Below are positions 1 to 15,239 of a stretch of DNA of 64,000 bases, one piece after another (positions within the stretch are counted from its first letter, which is position 1; the number at the start of each line of letters is the position of its first letter). Location of the stretch: NCBI GenBank assembly GCA_964270895.1, contig OZ185436.1, one strand, 5' to 3'. Below the pieces are notes generated by a model. It saw only the letters and a program-made list of their open reading frames with translations, had not been told where the DNA came from and made no database searches. The stretch is from Podarcis filfolensis (Eukaryota). A program made the position numbers and the translations under genes.

Positions 1-3000
1 TTATTGTCAAATTATTTCACCTTAGTACTTAAAAAAATTCAATTCTATATTTATCTTAATTCCATGGACATAATGATTTTTTTTTATGGGGAAGGGATTG
101 ACAAACTTGCCTCAATGTAAGTATGCCAAATACTAAATGACATCACATTAACCTGGCATGTTAAGATATGAAGGTTTGAATTTCCTAATATATTTCAGGT
201 AAATTTTATTATTGGAAGTTTACATAATCAGGGTAGTTACTAGTACATTGGACTGACAAGTTTTCATTGGAATTCTTAGAATTTATTTCTGCTTACTGTA
301 TTTTCTTGTGTGGCAGTTCGCCTGAGCACACTTAGTTGCAGGTTTCATTGGCATCTGTGTAAGGTACTTTTAAATGCCTCTGCTTGGGGTTGAGGTGTAA
401 AACTGCTTGTAAAAGTATTGCTAATTAGCAACATGTTGAGCATGAGCCGTGTTGGCCGAGTTAACTATTGGGGTTCTTGTTTCTGTACAACTTAGCTGCT
501 GTGGTAGCATATTATAGTCCCATATGAAGTCGGAATCAAGTCTACAGTATTCCAGTGCTATCTATACAGAAAATAGAATTGTGGGAATTCACTGCTGTTC
601 AGGCTGTAATGATTTGGGAAGCAGAATATATCATACAGTATGGCCTCATACTAATGTACAAAGACAAAAGTCCTGTGCTACTCTTCCAGTCCCCAGCTTC
701 TGCCTGTTGAATTCAACCTTGTGCTGTCACTTGCTGTTTACAGTGTGAGTCCATTTGTCCTGTGCAAAGTACCCAGAAGAATCAGATGTCCATAGCTTCT
801 GGTGTGTGTATTGTGAAATACTAGTTTGTGGAGTCACTTATTTCTTCAGTCTGGGAAAATTGGATTTTTTGTAGTCTTAACTGGTTTGGTTTCTAAAATG
901 GCAAGCAAACTCTTCCTCTACATTCCTGGAGCTACCCAGTTTCCTACTGTATGTATATAACCTGGGGCAGTCTGAGGAGAGCAAGCAGTGACACAGAGCT
1001 AGACGTGTACTAGACGTGGTAACTTGTGGGCGCAACATGCATTTAATTTGTAGATTGTAAATCCCTTCACTTTTTGCAGCATTTTCTGCTGCTGAGGTGG
1101 ATGTGACTAGGGTTTGAGACAAAGAAGTTCTTGCAACTATACAGTAGCGTATAAACATGTCTTTACTGTGCTGAAATACAAGAAAATTGAAATGCATGGA
1201 AGTCTCATAGATGTTCTTCCTTCAAATGACTGGTGCCAATGTGAAAACATAAGTAATGGTTGAAAGCGTTGTCTTGGCATTTTTAGCTTTTCTTTTTATT
1301 ATCCCTTGTTATCTGGAGTGCTTCTTAAAGTTAGTATCAAGGGAAGTTTGTTAACTGTGGCACTAGAAACATACTTCAGTTTTTTGTTGTTAACCATATT
1401 TCATGGTTGACAAGGCTTCTGGGGCAAAACTAGCTGACAGCTTGTGAAAAGTACAGAAATAAAATCTTTTCCCTCTGGTTTACCCTAGTCCCCCCCCTTA
1501 TAAATAAGTCCCAATTTCTCCCAATTATAATTTCTCCCAAACAAATAAGGAATATGCATTGGTGAACCCAAGTGAGAGCACTAGTAAAATTTGTGTGTGT
1601 CCTCCAGCCACCAATTTCCTCCCTCCAAGCAGAGCATTGCATTCTGTCTTCTGCATCTTTTCCTTTTCCAATTAGCATTTAATATTATCTGATGGCAGGT
1701 AGAGCATGCCCAGTGCTCATGGGGCTATTTTTAAGGTTGCCCCTTAATTTTGGGGGGTATTTCTGAAAACCTCTGTGCCTGACTTTTCTGATACCTTCCT
1801 CTGTTATCCTGTTTGCGTAAGCCACGTGAGTTTATTAGTGGGGAATGATTTCTCTGTTTAAGTGAAATGTGTATGGCCACACAGCTTCTAAGGAACATAG
1901 TTTGGCACTTATCAATTGTCGAAAATTCAGTTGGTCTGGAAGGTAGGCTTCTCAATAAACAGGTTTGTTTGGTGGAAAGCAAACATTTAGGGAGAAGTGC
2001 TTTATTATGATCATTTAGGAATACATTTCTTATTGATAGGTAAGAGTGTGTTTGAAACATTTTTTATTCTACAGAGAGAAGAAAAGATCACTTTCAGTAT
2101 AATCAGCATATATTGCAGTCAAGGCAAAGAATAACAGATGGGTGTAGGAGGAATCACCTTTAGTGTAAAGAACAGTCAGAAATCTAAGGCAAAGTGCTTA
2201 AGAGGTGAGTCTAGATAAGTAACTGGGGTGTTTTGAGGTAATGAGATTAAATTTGCCTTGTTATCTGGTTTTGCCTGTTGGACTCTTAAAGAAATGACAG
2301 CAGGAAATATCACCCACTGACACAGATATTGGAAATATACAAAAATACTTCTACATGCTGCTCCTTCCTATTTGATAGGTTGATAGCAAGAGAAACCAAC
2401 CTGCCTTCCCCAAGCTTCTTGCTTTTCACCTATCTCCAAAGCTGTAGCTGGTCCTAATTGCCTTTTTAGTTCAAGTACTTCAGTAATAGAAAAGCAATCA
2501 AGAACTGGACCTGAAACTCAGAACTAAATTGAATGCTAATAGGAACCTGCTGGAAAGGAGTTTATAATATAGTATTCTCATAAGAATTAATGAAGCTTTT
2601 TGACCATTGTTTTAAGCTAGCAAGTTCCACTTCATTTGGTCTGCAGACTATAAACATAAAATACAGTATAGGGTTATCAATGCAACAGTAGCAGAACAAC
2701 AGCATACATGCACACAAACAATATCTTTTAAGAGAATAGAACAAAATTAACAATCAGAAATAGTTAAAAATGCAGACATTTTGAATGCCTCTAATAATTT
2801 TGGGCTGGTTTTGATGGCTACAGCAGAGAACCTGGCTCTGTTTTCTGTGATGTTGGGTTGGAGGCTGGCATTAAAGTTGAAAGATTGACTTTATCTGAAA
2901 GAGAAAGTATTGGGGAGGTAAAGTTGGATCTTGTTATCCTGCATAATTTTTTAGGAACACAATTCAACTGATTTACTTTTGTAGGCACAAGCTCTTATCC

Positions 3001-3304
3001 AGCCTGGCAGAAGATAGGGTAGTGAATAGCCAGTGGTAAAAACTTTATTATTTAACCAGTTTTAGCAACAATCAAAACCTTTTCCTTGTGACCTCATTGT
3101 GAGAAGTGCAATAGGCTGCATCCTAAGAACTGTACTTATACGGCTGAAATCCATGTTGACTCATGTTATATTACCCCAAGGTACTATCCTAGTTAACAAT
3201 CTAGTGGCTAAACTATAGCTTCTGGTCAGTGTTCAGAGGTAGCCCCACGCATAGCACTTTAACAATCTGAGTCCCTCCCCCCAAGCATGGATAACTGTCT
3301 AGGG

Positions 3305-3804
3305 CAGTGGTTTTCAACCAGTGTGCTGTGGCATCCTGGGGTGCCTTGAATGATGGTCAGGGGTGCCACGGGCAACACAGGCCTCTGTCACTCTTTCCTT
3401 CCCTCCCTTCTCTGATGCCCTCTTGCATCTCTGCTTCTCAAAGGCTTGTGGTGGCTATTTGTTGCAGCAGCCCTGGCTACAAGCTCCCTAGGTGAATGGT
3501 GCCTCTGGGACTGGCCAGAGGGTGCTTCCCAGGCCCCTGTGGGGCAGTGTGAGGAGGCACGTATCTTTGGGGCAGGGTGGGCAGTACACAAGACCAGGAG
3601 TGGCAGCTGCGACTGCCCAGAGGCAGCCCAAGAAAGAGGGGAGAGGAGAGGAGGCTGAGAGAACACTCTACCAGGGAGGGTGTTTGGAAAGGGGTGAGGG
3701 GCTGCTGGCTCTGGGCTGCTGAGGCTACTGAGCTCCTCAGGGGTGCGAGGAAAGAATGTAGTTGGCCAAGGGAGCTGTGGACCCAAAAAGGTTGAAAACC
3801 TCTG
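3305..3804. mobile_element. Non-autonomous hAT (Charlie-type) element
   Basis: TIRs CAGTGGTTTTCAACC / GGTTGAAAACCTCTG; near-perfect 8-bp TSD gtctaggg / gtctaggc with a TCTAG core. Confidence 0.8.
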
Positions 3805-6800
3805 GTCTAGGCTAATCTAGGATTGGCCACAGCAGGCGTATCAGCCTTGGCTTGATAAAAAATGCTGTGTGTCACAAAAGCTACTTGGGCCTCCAGTGAC
3901 AAAGCTGGATCTAGGAGCACTCCAGACAGCAAGCCTGATCCATAATGGGCGTGTAATGATGTCTAGAACTGATTAGACTTTCCTGAGCAGACAAGCTATG
4001 TACCCACAGCACCTCTATTTTGTTAGGATCAAGTTTCTATTTATATGCACTCATCTAGCTATCACCAATACTTCAGTGCCTCACCTAACAATGATAAAAA
4101 TGAGAAGTAAAGTTGGATGTCATTGACATACTGGTGAACCCTTGGATGACTTCTTTCAGCATTTCATGTAAATGTTGAAAAGCATTGGAGATGTGATGGA
4201 ATCTTGTATAAATTATATGATGATAAGCAGTTGTCAAAGAGTAGATCAGTTACAGCTGTTGAAAAAACATCAAAGATAAAGACAGCTGCCTTGATGGATA
4301 TGGTACCCAATGCGGTTCAAGAAAATTCTTAAAAGAGAAATAATTTGCTTTTTGTCTTTAAAAAGTATGGTCTGAAGATTCATGAGGTCACCAGCTTGCT
4401 GAAGCTAAGCAGGCCTAAGTCTTCTAGGGTGTACCCAGTGCTAGAAACTGAGATATGAAAGCTAGGAGCTAAATGGCACCTCAAACCTAGGTTATGGACA
4501 CAACAACAGAATGTCTAGGCGTGCTTTTTTATAACAAGAACACAAAACTGATGGATGTGGTTTAGAAAATTTATGTAGGGCCTCTCTTCCCTCTCCTCTC
4601 TCCCCTCTCCTTTAGTTTTTAGAGCAGTTAACATTAGAGATGAGACTACTGGAAGTGGCAGAAACAACATTTTTGATCTGATAGTGGAGCTCCCAGGCTT
4701 TTAACAAACGTTACAAAAGGATAATTCATCAATCTTGCGAGTTCCATAGTTGGTATGATAGCACAGAGATAGCTTTTGCTTGGTAACCAGTGTGAAATAC
4801 TGATTTCTATACTCAACCAGGACAGGTCCCCAAGTAATGTTTGATGTTGGGAAACACTAAAATGCAAGCTAAAGTTCCTAAAAATACTCTGAATTATCAA
4901 GCCTCATCCCTCTGAGAATGAATGTTCTAAACTTCTGTTTAGCAGGAAAGGTATGTTTGACTTTGAAGGAGTGCCTGCCTTCAAGAAGATAAGTTCTTTT
5001 TCACTCTTCTTTTCAATATTGGTGACCAATATTAATATTTCCACTAATGCTAAAAGACACACACACTTGGTAGGAGAAATGATTGGAGAACAGGGCCATT
5101 CCTGCAGATTGTTGTTCAACCCCCAGTATGATCTCAGGAAAATATTAAATGTATTGACAGGGTTTTCCTCATTGTTCACCTTTCTTGAACCCATATAAAT
5201 GGTTCATGGGAGGTGTGTATGAGAAAATGGACAACAGGGTGTAAGTGAAGTATCCCCAGGGAGTAGAGAGACAGATTTGGTGGCTGCAGGACTTTTTTGC
5301 ATCACAGGTGCAGTATTTAATTCAGTGAATATAGAGATCCTGACCAACAAGCACTTCAGAATATCCACCCAAGTTAAGGTCATGCAGGAGTCCACAGTTG
5401 AGTCACTAAGTGAATTGGCTCAAGGCCTTTGGACTGTAGGAAGGCTTTTCTTTAAAATGGAATAAAATTATTCATGATTCAGATCTTGTTATGGACGTGG
5501 CAGCTTTGGAAAACAGTATGTCCTGGGCTATTGCATGTAAAAGATTATTTAGAAATAGATTGATGCAGGTGGCTCAGTACCATATCTTCTGGGTCATTCC
5601 ATATCAAGTGATCCAACTTTTTTTTTTACCTCATGTCATCCAATTTTCTTAATATTTTGTACACTTATTGATCAAAACTAAGTTTAAATCTAAAATTTTC
5701 ATTATTTATCTCATCTTGTTTGTGAGTTATAGGGGTTTGAAATTTCCAAAATGAGAATTTTGGCCTTGCCTTAAAAGCTCAGTCCAGAATTGAGATACAT
5801 CAAAACCAAAAACATCAATCTTTTCAGAACTTCATGGGCTTTAATACAATATATCACATGATGGACTTACTTTAAAATTTCAATTACAAAATTGAAAATT
5901 TTAAAAAGTGAATAAAAAATGATTTAAAATTGCCAAAAAATTGTATTGGCTATTTAATATTTTAAGACCTACCTGCAAAATTTCATCTTGGGATCTCAGT
6001 GGGATCACATAAAACAATAATGTACATTCACCTTTGCCTCTCTTAGCTGTTGGAAAAGATTTGAGACCTTCATGCAGCATTTAAAATTAATCTATCGTAT
6101 ATTAAATGTAAATACCCTTTTAGCATGTTAAATTGGATCTCAGTTGATTTAGGCCAGAACAAGATTTTCTGGAAAAAAGTTCAATTCAGAATATTCTATA
6201 AAACTCATCACTGAGTGGATTTGTCTAATGAGGTAGAGGCATTGTTACTGCATGAAGCCTGGAATTTGAATAGTCAGGACTGGAGGAATCCCAGTCCATT
6301 ATGGCAAGTGAATACCTGCTGCTTGAACACTTCTTCCTTTGTCCCAACATTGTTCTTTTGTCCCAGGTCTAACAGGAGGTTGTAAAAATTACTGCGGTTT
6401 CAACCTTTTGTGACACCGTCAACAGCAGTGGTACAGAAGTTGTAGGCTATTCCCTTCAAAAAAATTGAGCCTGATTTGTGCCATGATGGTTATGGTGGTA
6501 TAGGCAGGTTTGGTGGTGGCACTTGTACAACTGGGAGAAAATAAATAGTAGTGATTCTCTGGTTGATGAGCCTGAGTGTGCCTTGGAGCTTAGTGTGTCA
6601 TCTAGTACCTTTGAGTACTGCTACTCATTCTGCCTTTTGATCCAAAGCAATACAATGTTTAGAGAGTGAATCCAAGTAAAACTTGAGCTCTGAATGTGTA
6701 TTTCATTGATGGAGTTTCTTTTAACAAGGTGCTGGAAAGCATTTATGTCAGCCTGAACAACTCTTACATTACAATTTTCTGGATAGCTTCTGGGCAGATA

Positions 6801-6960
6801 AATCATTTATGATATTTACTGCATACCCATTTTCACATGGTAAAAATGCTACAAGAAGGCAATACTTTCAGTGCCACTTCTTTTTTCGAAGTGGGAATAT
6901 AGCACTAGGAACATAGGGATCCTTCCTGAATCAGACTGTTGGTTCATGTAGTGCAGCATT

Positions 6961-7302
6961 AAAGGTAAAGGGACCCCTGACTGTTAGGTCCAGTCGCAGA
7001 TGACTCTGGGGTTGCGGTGCTCATCTCGCTTTACTGGACGGTGTACAGCGTCCGGGTCATGTGGCCAGCATGACTAAGCTGCTTCTGGCGAACCAGAGCA
7101 GTGCACAGAAACGCCATTTACCTTCCCGCCGGAGCAGTACCTATTTATCTACTTGCACTTTGATGTGCTTTTGAACTGATAGGTTGGCAGGAGCAGGGAC
7201 CGAGCAACGGGAGCTCACCCCGTCGCGGGGATTTGAACCGCCGACCTTCTGATCGGCAAGCCCTAGGCTCTGTGGTTTAACCCACAGCGTCACCTGCGTC
7301 CC
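6961..7302 (-). mobile_element. Sauria SINE (Squam1), near full length
   Basis: Minus strand starts GGGACGCAGGTGACGCTGTGGGTTAAACCACAGAGCCTAGGGCTTGCCGATCAGAAGGTCGGCGGTTCAAATCCCCG (tRNA-derived head with A/B boxes) and ends ...GGGGTCCCTTTACCTTT. Confidence 0.9.
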
Positions 7303-7495
7303 ATTGTCTGACAGTAATTATACACATGGGGTTGAGCTCATCAGAAAGAGAAATTGGAAAACTGGATAATCTTAAGTAAAAAACTAGGTAATATGAATCA
7401 AGTAATTAGATAGAACACTAGTGTTTATCTGCTGATGTATAAAAGAACAAGTACCAAAGATCATTAGTTTGTCAACAAGTATTTTCAGTACAGTA

Positions 7496-7720
7496 CAGTG
7501 GTACCTCGGGTTACATACGCTTCAGGTTACAGACACTTCAGGTTACAGATTCCACTAACCCAGAAATAGTACCTCGGGTTAAGAACTTTGCTTCAGGATG
7601 GGAACAGAAATCGTGCAGCGGCTGCAGCGGGAGACCCCATTATAGCTAAAGTGGTGCTTTAGGTTAAGAACAGTTTCAGGTTAACAACAGACCTCCAGAA
7701 CTTAACCCGAGGTTCCACTG
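7496..7720. mobile_element. Tc1/mariner-type MITE, copy 1
   Basis: TA|CAGTGGTACCTCGGG ... CCCGAGGTTCCACTG|TA. Confidence 0.85.
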
Positions 7721-8185
7721 TATAGGATTGTGGTAGGGTGTTTAATCATATTGTACTATTGGGTAGTCTGTTAGGGTCCTGGCTTCTATCAAAGTATGAC
7801 TAATTAGGATCATTGAGGATGTTGTAACCTTTTGTGGTCAAATTAAGGCTTTTCTGCAACTTGAGGCCCAGAAAGTTAGGGTTCCCAGAAGATTGCTGCT
7901 TCACCTAACCCAGCTATTTATTCTGGGTAAAGTGCATGCTTGGAGCTCCCCCATCTGGAATTGTTTCCTCATTTATTTCATTGGAGATTGCTGTCCTAAA
8001 AATCATTCTCTTATACAGTACGTGGAACATAAGATCTGGTTGCAAGTTTATTCCTAGGTACACTGGCTGCATTGGTTTTTTAAAGTATTGGATGAACCAT
8101 TGTTAATGGAGTTCCCTTCATGAAATCTTGTATCTTCTCGAAAGAAAAAAATCTCTGTCAGCTATGATTTCATGATTTTAATGTA

Positions 8186-8400
8186 CAGTGGTACCTTGGG
8201 TTACAAATGCTTCGGGTTACAAACTCCGCTAACCCGGAAGTAGTACCTCGGGTTGAGAACTTTTGCGCCAGGATGAGAACGCAAATCGCGCGCCGGCAGT
8301 GGGAGGCCCCATTAGCAAAAGCGCGCCTCTAGTTAAGAATGGTTTCGGGTTAAGAACGGACCTCCGGAACAAATTAAGTTCGTAACCTGAGGTACCACTG
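8186..8400. mobile_element. Tc1/mariner-type MITE, copy 2
   Basis: TA|CAGTGGTACCTTGGG ... CCTGAGGTACCACTG|TA. Confidence 0.85.
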
Positions 8401-9337
8401 TATTGCTTATATTAATTGTGCTGCAGTAGTATGGTTGACCAGGGTTTCTATTGTGGTGATCTAAGCACAAGATAGAAACAACCATACAAATGAGCCAGCT
8501 GCAAGTGGAACTCTTCTTTGCATGTAGAGGAGTTTTCTTTGTGGATTTGGTTAAGAGAAACGTATTGCATTGCATTTTAGCACACTGATGAATATCTAAG
8601 ATGGGGACTACCACCCATTAAATTAACACTTCCTGTTTTAGACTATGCATCAAAAATCACTGATCTGGTGCTTGCCAACACCACCCACCCACCCACCCAC
8701 CCACCCACATACACACCACACCCACATATCCTAGGCATGGATTCTTGTGGATCCATCTTTGATATGTACGTAGTATGACAGCAAAACCACTTACAAATCA
8801 TATAATACTTCACTATACACAGAGGTGTAGTTTTGAGGGGATCCTTTAAAATTAAGAATTCACAAGGGTCTGTATTGTGCCATGGAAGGTCTGGAAAGCA
8901 CCAGCTCTATTAAAAAAATGGTTTAGCCAATGGAAACAGGATCTGTGATTTGGCAGTGAACATTTGGAGGGGAAAAAAAGGCAATTTAAAGAGGATCTGT
9001 TGCTAGATCCAGCTTGTCTGTGTATTCTGTCTGGCACTCATTTTCTCTTTTATCTGACCTCCTGACTGCTCCATTTTCTCCTCTCTTGCAATCTCTGTTA
9101 TGTCCCCTTCTTCTACTCCACTGCTCCACTTTCTATTAAACTGCCAGTCTGAGCCATGTGTGCCTGACACCTGTGGACCCAGATCTAAGAATTCTGAAGT
9201 TGGGTCACTTAATTCAGGAGAACTTGCTTCCAGGAATGTGTGTCTCAAATGCATTACCTGGCACTTATATTTGTAAAGAAAGGTGAGCAGGTGGAATGCT
9301 TTAAAATAAATGAACAAGTATTATCTCTGCAAATTAA

Positions 9338-9583
<246 letters not shown>

Positions 9584-10122
9584 TAAAATGAATGTTGGTA
9601 TTGAAATATATAATACCTGTATAGTCTGAATTGCTGTAAGACTTACAGCACTAATGAACATTATAATGACTGAGTCATTGGGGTTGGAGGTTCTACACTA
9701 ATGAAAAAATGATGTTGGAAGCAACACAATTGTATTGCCCAAAGAGACTACATACTAAATGGGTTGCTTTAGAGATCTGTTCAAACTTCCAGTGTTCTTG
9801 GGTCTGTATCTCCATCAGAAGTGGATAGAGAAGTTCATTCCAGACCTGAAAAATAATCTATCTCCAAGTTTAATGTTGGGATTTATCCTGCAAAAATATA
9901 CTATACCACAGAAAATATACCACAAAATTAAATATGTTTTATTAAAATGTGATGTCTGTATTAAGATGTTTTTGAGTGGCTGGGGCAACCAATTTGGATG
10001 GGCAGGGTACAAATATGATGATGATGATGATGATATCTCCATAAGTTAAGGCTTACTTCTGCTCATATAAATGCTGGAGAAGTACATACTTGGTTTAGTC
10101 ACAGTACTATCTTGTTTTATAG

Positions 10123-10302
<180 letters not shown>

Positions 10303-10473
10303 TGAAAATACTGATGTGTTCCTAATATTAGCAGAGAAGGAAGGCGGAGTGGAAGATCTGTTACCTTTTTATCAGATTTTCTTCCTAGAGAAACTATCTG
10401 TAACTTTGAAAAACACTTGTAGCTATAGTTTTTGGATCTAATTCATGTCCCAACAAATGAATTTATCTTTCAG

Positions 10474-10563
10474 ATTTTCTGTCTACATGGAGGTCTTTCC
10501 CCATCTATAGATACACTGGATCACATCAGAGCACTTGATCGTCTGCAAGAAGTTCCACATGAG
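10474..10563 (+). CDS. PPP2CA: PP2A catalytic subunit alpha, exon 4 (90 nt)
   Basis: cag|ATT...GAG|gtaact; [30 protein letters not shown]. Confidence 0.99.
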
Positions 10564-11188
10564 GTAACTATAATTTGTGTTACAATTTCTGTGCTGTGTT
10601 AGTGTGTGAAATCATACTAATGCCCAATTCTTCTTCTGTGTTATAAGGGAGTGTGTAGTGAAAGTAAACCTTACTTTTCTACATGACCTCTAACTCCAAA
10701 AGGTTTGCACTGCTTGTCCTATTCACTTATCCAAACAATAAAACTACAAACAGACCTAAATCTTAGTTAAAAGGTGGAAATTTGTTTGCTAATTACAGAT
10801 GACACATCTCCAAGTAGCTTGTTCTTCAACTTAAGAGTAGGCAAACTAGGGGTCCACATAACTCTTAAAAGCTGGGAGGACCATCTTTTGCAGCAAATAA
10901 CATCTGCATCACCAATTCTGTGTTCAGATGCTGCAGAGTATAATCTTGTTTTTGCCCAGCAGTCATGTCAGTTTGGGAACATAGTGTTGAGCGTGCTTCT
11001 TTCCCGCACAGAGCTCAGTGCAGGTGGTTTGGGGAACAAATAAATTGGTTCAAAGTACCATGTTAATGTAGTCATTCAGCTACTGTTCAAACATGTCTTC
11101 TTAAAAATTTGGTACTGTATTAGCCCTCTTCAGGTTTTTTTGTTTTTTGTTTGTTTTGGCTATGTAATGATGCTGAAATGTTTCCTAG

Positions 11189-11389
<201 letters not shown>

Positions 11390-12102
11390 TGAAAATCTCC
11401 CTGCATAACCAGATTGCTTTGGCATACAAATAAAGGCATGTTAAGCCTGTGGTGGCAAAGTAACTCGTATATCTTGTCCTTTTGTTAAAAAATGAGCTTG
11501 CAGGATAGACTTAAAGGCATAATTATTGCCATGAGAATGGCTTGTGATTCTGTTATTCTACTGTAAGTGACTCCTGTCACCTAGACCTGTATTTTACTGT
11601 GTCATTCCATGACAAATTACCGCAGTACAATTATTTAAACTCTGACACTAGGATTTTATATACTAAATATTTTTCAGGAGGCGGTGTGGGGCAAGAAGTT
11701 CTGCCATCTACTGACTGACCTCTTTTATTTCTTCATATTCAACCCCAAGGGCTTTCTATCTCTACAGACATTGATGAATTTCATTAGGAAGAAGCCTTTG
11801 TTGATTGGTATTGCTGGTTTATTGTATGTAGAAGCTTCCAGGTTTAATTCCTGTTAACTCTAGTTAAAAAGGTATTTGATAAAATTATTGGGAAGGCCTG
11901 AGATCCTGGAGAGCATCTTCTTCAAAGCAGATAACAATGGGTTAGATCAATTTACATGATTTTGTATAGGAAGTTCCTATGTTGTCAGTTCTTACATGAG
12001 TGGCTTAAAGTGGTAATTTAGAGTAATAAATTGTTTATCTTACTCTGATGCTCTGTCCACTATAGGTTACTACCCTCCCCGTAGAGAGACATGTTACAAT
12101 GA

Positions 12103-12255
<153 letters not shown>

Positions 12256-13462
12256 TAAGTGCTTAAAGATTTTTCCTATGAGAACTAACAAAACATGTCA
12301 TTTATAATTCTAGTTAGAATGCTGTTCATAAATTGCCTTATCTGGCTGTTTGAAGATGAGTAAAGTTGACAAATCTTACCTGATTGTATACTTGGAAAAA
12401 TGTGGGTGGTTGTGGAATACTGTGTGTGGGCTTTTTTGGTTATTGCTTTACTATATAACTGAAACTGCTAATTTGTAGTAATAATTTATAATAATAATTT
12501 ATTTATACCCCACCCATCTGGCTGGGTTTCCCCAGCCACTCTGGGTGACTCCCAGCAGATTAAAAACAGAATAAAACATCAAATATTAAAAACTTCCCTA
12601 AACAGGCTTCTGATAGAGTATAAAACTAACCTTATGGGTAACAAATTGTAATAATACTGGGCACTTGATGCTTCTTCTTCTTATATTTTTTATTATTATT
12701 AAATTATTACTACTTGCTCTTCACCCTAAAGTCCCAATGATTCAGGAAGTTGCTTTGGGAGTTTAGTAATAGCCTCTCTTGGTTGTCAGTTTTGGGGGAA
12801 GTAAAGCTGAATTCCTCTATTTAAAATGGTATTTGAAGAGATATTTGCTTTTGTTCTTTGCAACAGTATGCATTCCCTAATTTATCCTTAAGATGCAGCA
12901 AGACTTTCTTTTGAGCAAAGGATCTATATGATTATCACTGTCACCTTCCTTAGCCCATAAGACAGTAGGGTGGGCTGCATACATTTTTAATTGAACTCCT
13001 AGATGAATGGCAGGCTCTTCCTCTACAATTTCATCTTTCTGCCGTCTATATCAAGGTTTAGCTCTGGAAATTGCAATGCTTCTGAATTTTGTCTATTAAA
13101 TTTATATCTTGCTGTTCCTCCCAAAGGAGCACAGTTAAATATTATATTCAAGTGCTATGTCAGTTTTACACTGATCCTCCATTTGTTGATCTAAAGGAAG
13201 AGCTTGGTAGAATATAACTACAAGTTAATACTGACGGATATTACATGCATTCTAGAGATGGCTGATGTCTTCTACATCTAGAAGTGTAAACAAAAACAGC
13301 CACAATCTTGATCGCAGAATAAATTGGAATAATGTAGAGAATTTAAAAGCTATGGCTGATATCTAATGTTATCCCTGAGTACTCAAACAGAATTCTGTGG
13401 GTGTAAGTCTACTGATTTCAGTGGGTCTGCTGTGTTTTAGCTGGATATCACAAACCACATAA

Positions 13463-13567
<105 letters not shown>

Positions 13568-14300
13568 TGAGATTTTACACTTGTACAGTATTGCCATGAA
13601 CCATGTGTTGACCTAAAGGATATGGGAAGAGCAACAGTAACTCCAAAATGTCAGAAAACATTTAACATTGAAACCTGTTTTCACATGGACCAAAAGATGT
13701 GCCATATTGAAATACAAAGCCTCTTGTCTGTCAGCGACTGTGACCACTTTAGAATGAACCAGTTCATTGCATGCTGAAGCAACACTGTTGGTCAAGAAAC
13801 CAGTTTCTGGCATAGCTCTACTTGTAGTTACTTTTGCTTTCTCTGGGAGACTGCAAATATTAAGATGTAGACATTTAACACCTTGTGAAAACAATTAACT
13901 TTCCATTTAGCGATAGCTTTCCAGCATGACTGTAGATAAGGATAGCAAACTATCATTGAAGCTTAATGAACATTTTAAATAAGTACCAAGACCGATTTTC
14001 TTATTTGTGTTCTGATTTTTTTTCCAGGGAAAACTGTTTAATTTAATTGTATGGTTGTTTTGTCTGCACTTGGTTTCCCCCACATTCTTCCCTCACACTT
14101 CCCTCTATATAATGTCCCGTGTACTTGTCCATCATAGTGAGTTATTTTGAACAGAACAGGTTTTTTTCTGTAAGATGTTGCTGCAGAAGAGTGTTGCAGC
14201 ATTTTTTCATAATAAACTTGTGAACTAATAATGGAAGATAGTTGACTTTTAAATATATTGCAGGTTCATACCATGTTGTGTTTAATAAAAAATAGCTTTT
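13568..14300 (+). other. PPP2CA: PPP2CA 3' UTR (end approximate)
   Basis: Follows the stop codon; the proximal part closely resembles the mammalian PPP2CA 3' UTR as I recall it; AATAAA hexamers near the end. Confidence 0.8.
14211..14289 (+). terminator. PPP2CA polyadenylation signals (AATAAA at 14211-14216 and 14284-14289)
   Basis: Two canonical hexamers about 650-720 nt after the stop, with U/GU-rich flanks. Confidence 0.7.
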
Positions 14301-15239
14301 ATGTCTCTTTGAACCTATGCAGAATCCAGATTATGCTGAATGAAGTCAGGAGCAATGTACTGGGAGTCGATGTTCAGATCATAAATTCACTTAAATTTTC
14401 TCAGAGAGCAAATGCATGTTAAAAGAGGTCCTACATTTTGATAGCAATATGGCTTTGAGTTGTTATTCACCTATTAGCATTTTTTCACTTTATTTATTAA
14501 ATTACGTTTATAAAATTGTCATTTTAACAGAAAGACTGTCTAATATTTCATTCTAGCCCTTTCAGTTGAAAGAAACTTCTAGGATTACTAACTTGCATTT
14601 ATGCCTTGTTTTGAACAGGCTGTAGATGATGTCCAACGAAGTCATATTTGGAGTATAACCATTGAAATAAGTAGACTTAAATTCATTGATTTTAATGAGT
14701 CTGCTCTATGACTAGTATTGGATATCACACTACAGTCTTAAATGACCATAATATATTCTCAGTACTGATCTTGTTGAAATCTACTTTGTAAGCAAAAGAA
14801 TGGCAGTAGCCTTGACTATGCCTACTGTTATGCAGTCAGTAAGAGGAAAGAGAGAAATTGAAACTTGTAAAATGAAGGCCAGGGTGTCATTCAGTATAGC
14901 CCTCAGTCACTTTTGTCTCTATGTAGCTGCACTTCATGCACTGTAGTAATTCTCATTTCTTTGAGATTGGAGGTGAGGAACAACTTCATAATATTAAGGA
15001 CTGAATACTGCATTATGTCAGTGGATTAAATTTACTTCCTGATCTTACCATAGTCCAAGCACTTGAGCAATTTGGGTTCCATACAGCACATGGGTTTCAA
15101 AGGGAAAAATGTTTCCATTCTTTACTAAGATGGAAGTTTAATTCTTGCTAAAACATTAGTATTGCACATTAGTTGTGAGTAACGGTGAAACTTCCTGAGA
15201 CTATCCTAGTATAACATGGGGAGAGCAGCAACTCCAGTA

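Noticed and set aside
4214-4376. C/D box snoRNA (ATGATGA) in PPP2CA intron 1
   Set aside because: No D box at a suitable distance and no terminal stem.
5640-6030. AT-rich block resembling a DNA transposon interior
   Set aside because: No TIRs or TSD could be identified, so no family could be supported.
9003-9317. 104-aa minus-strand ORF with protein-like composition
   Set aside because: No recognisable domain; its composition follows from the pyrimidine-rich intron sequence on the plus strand.
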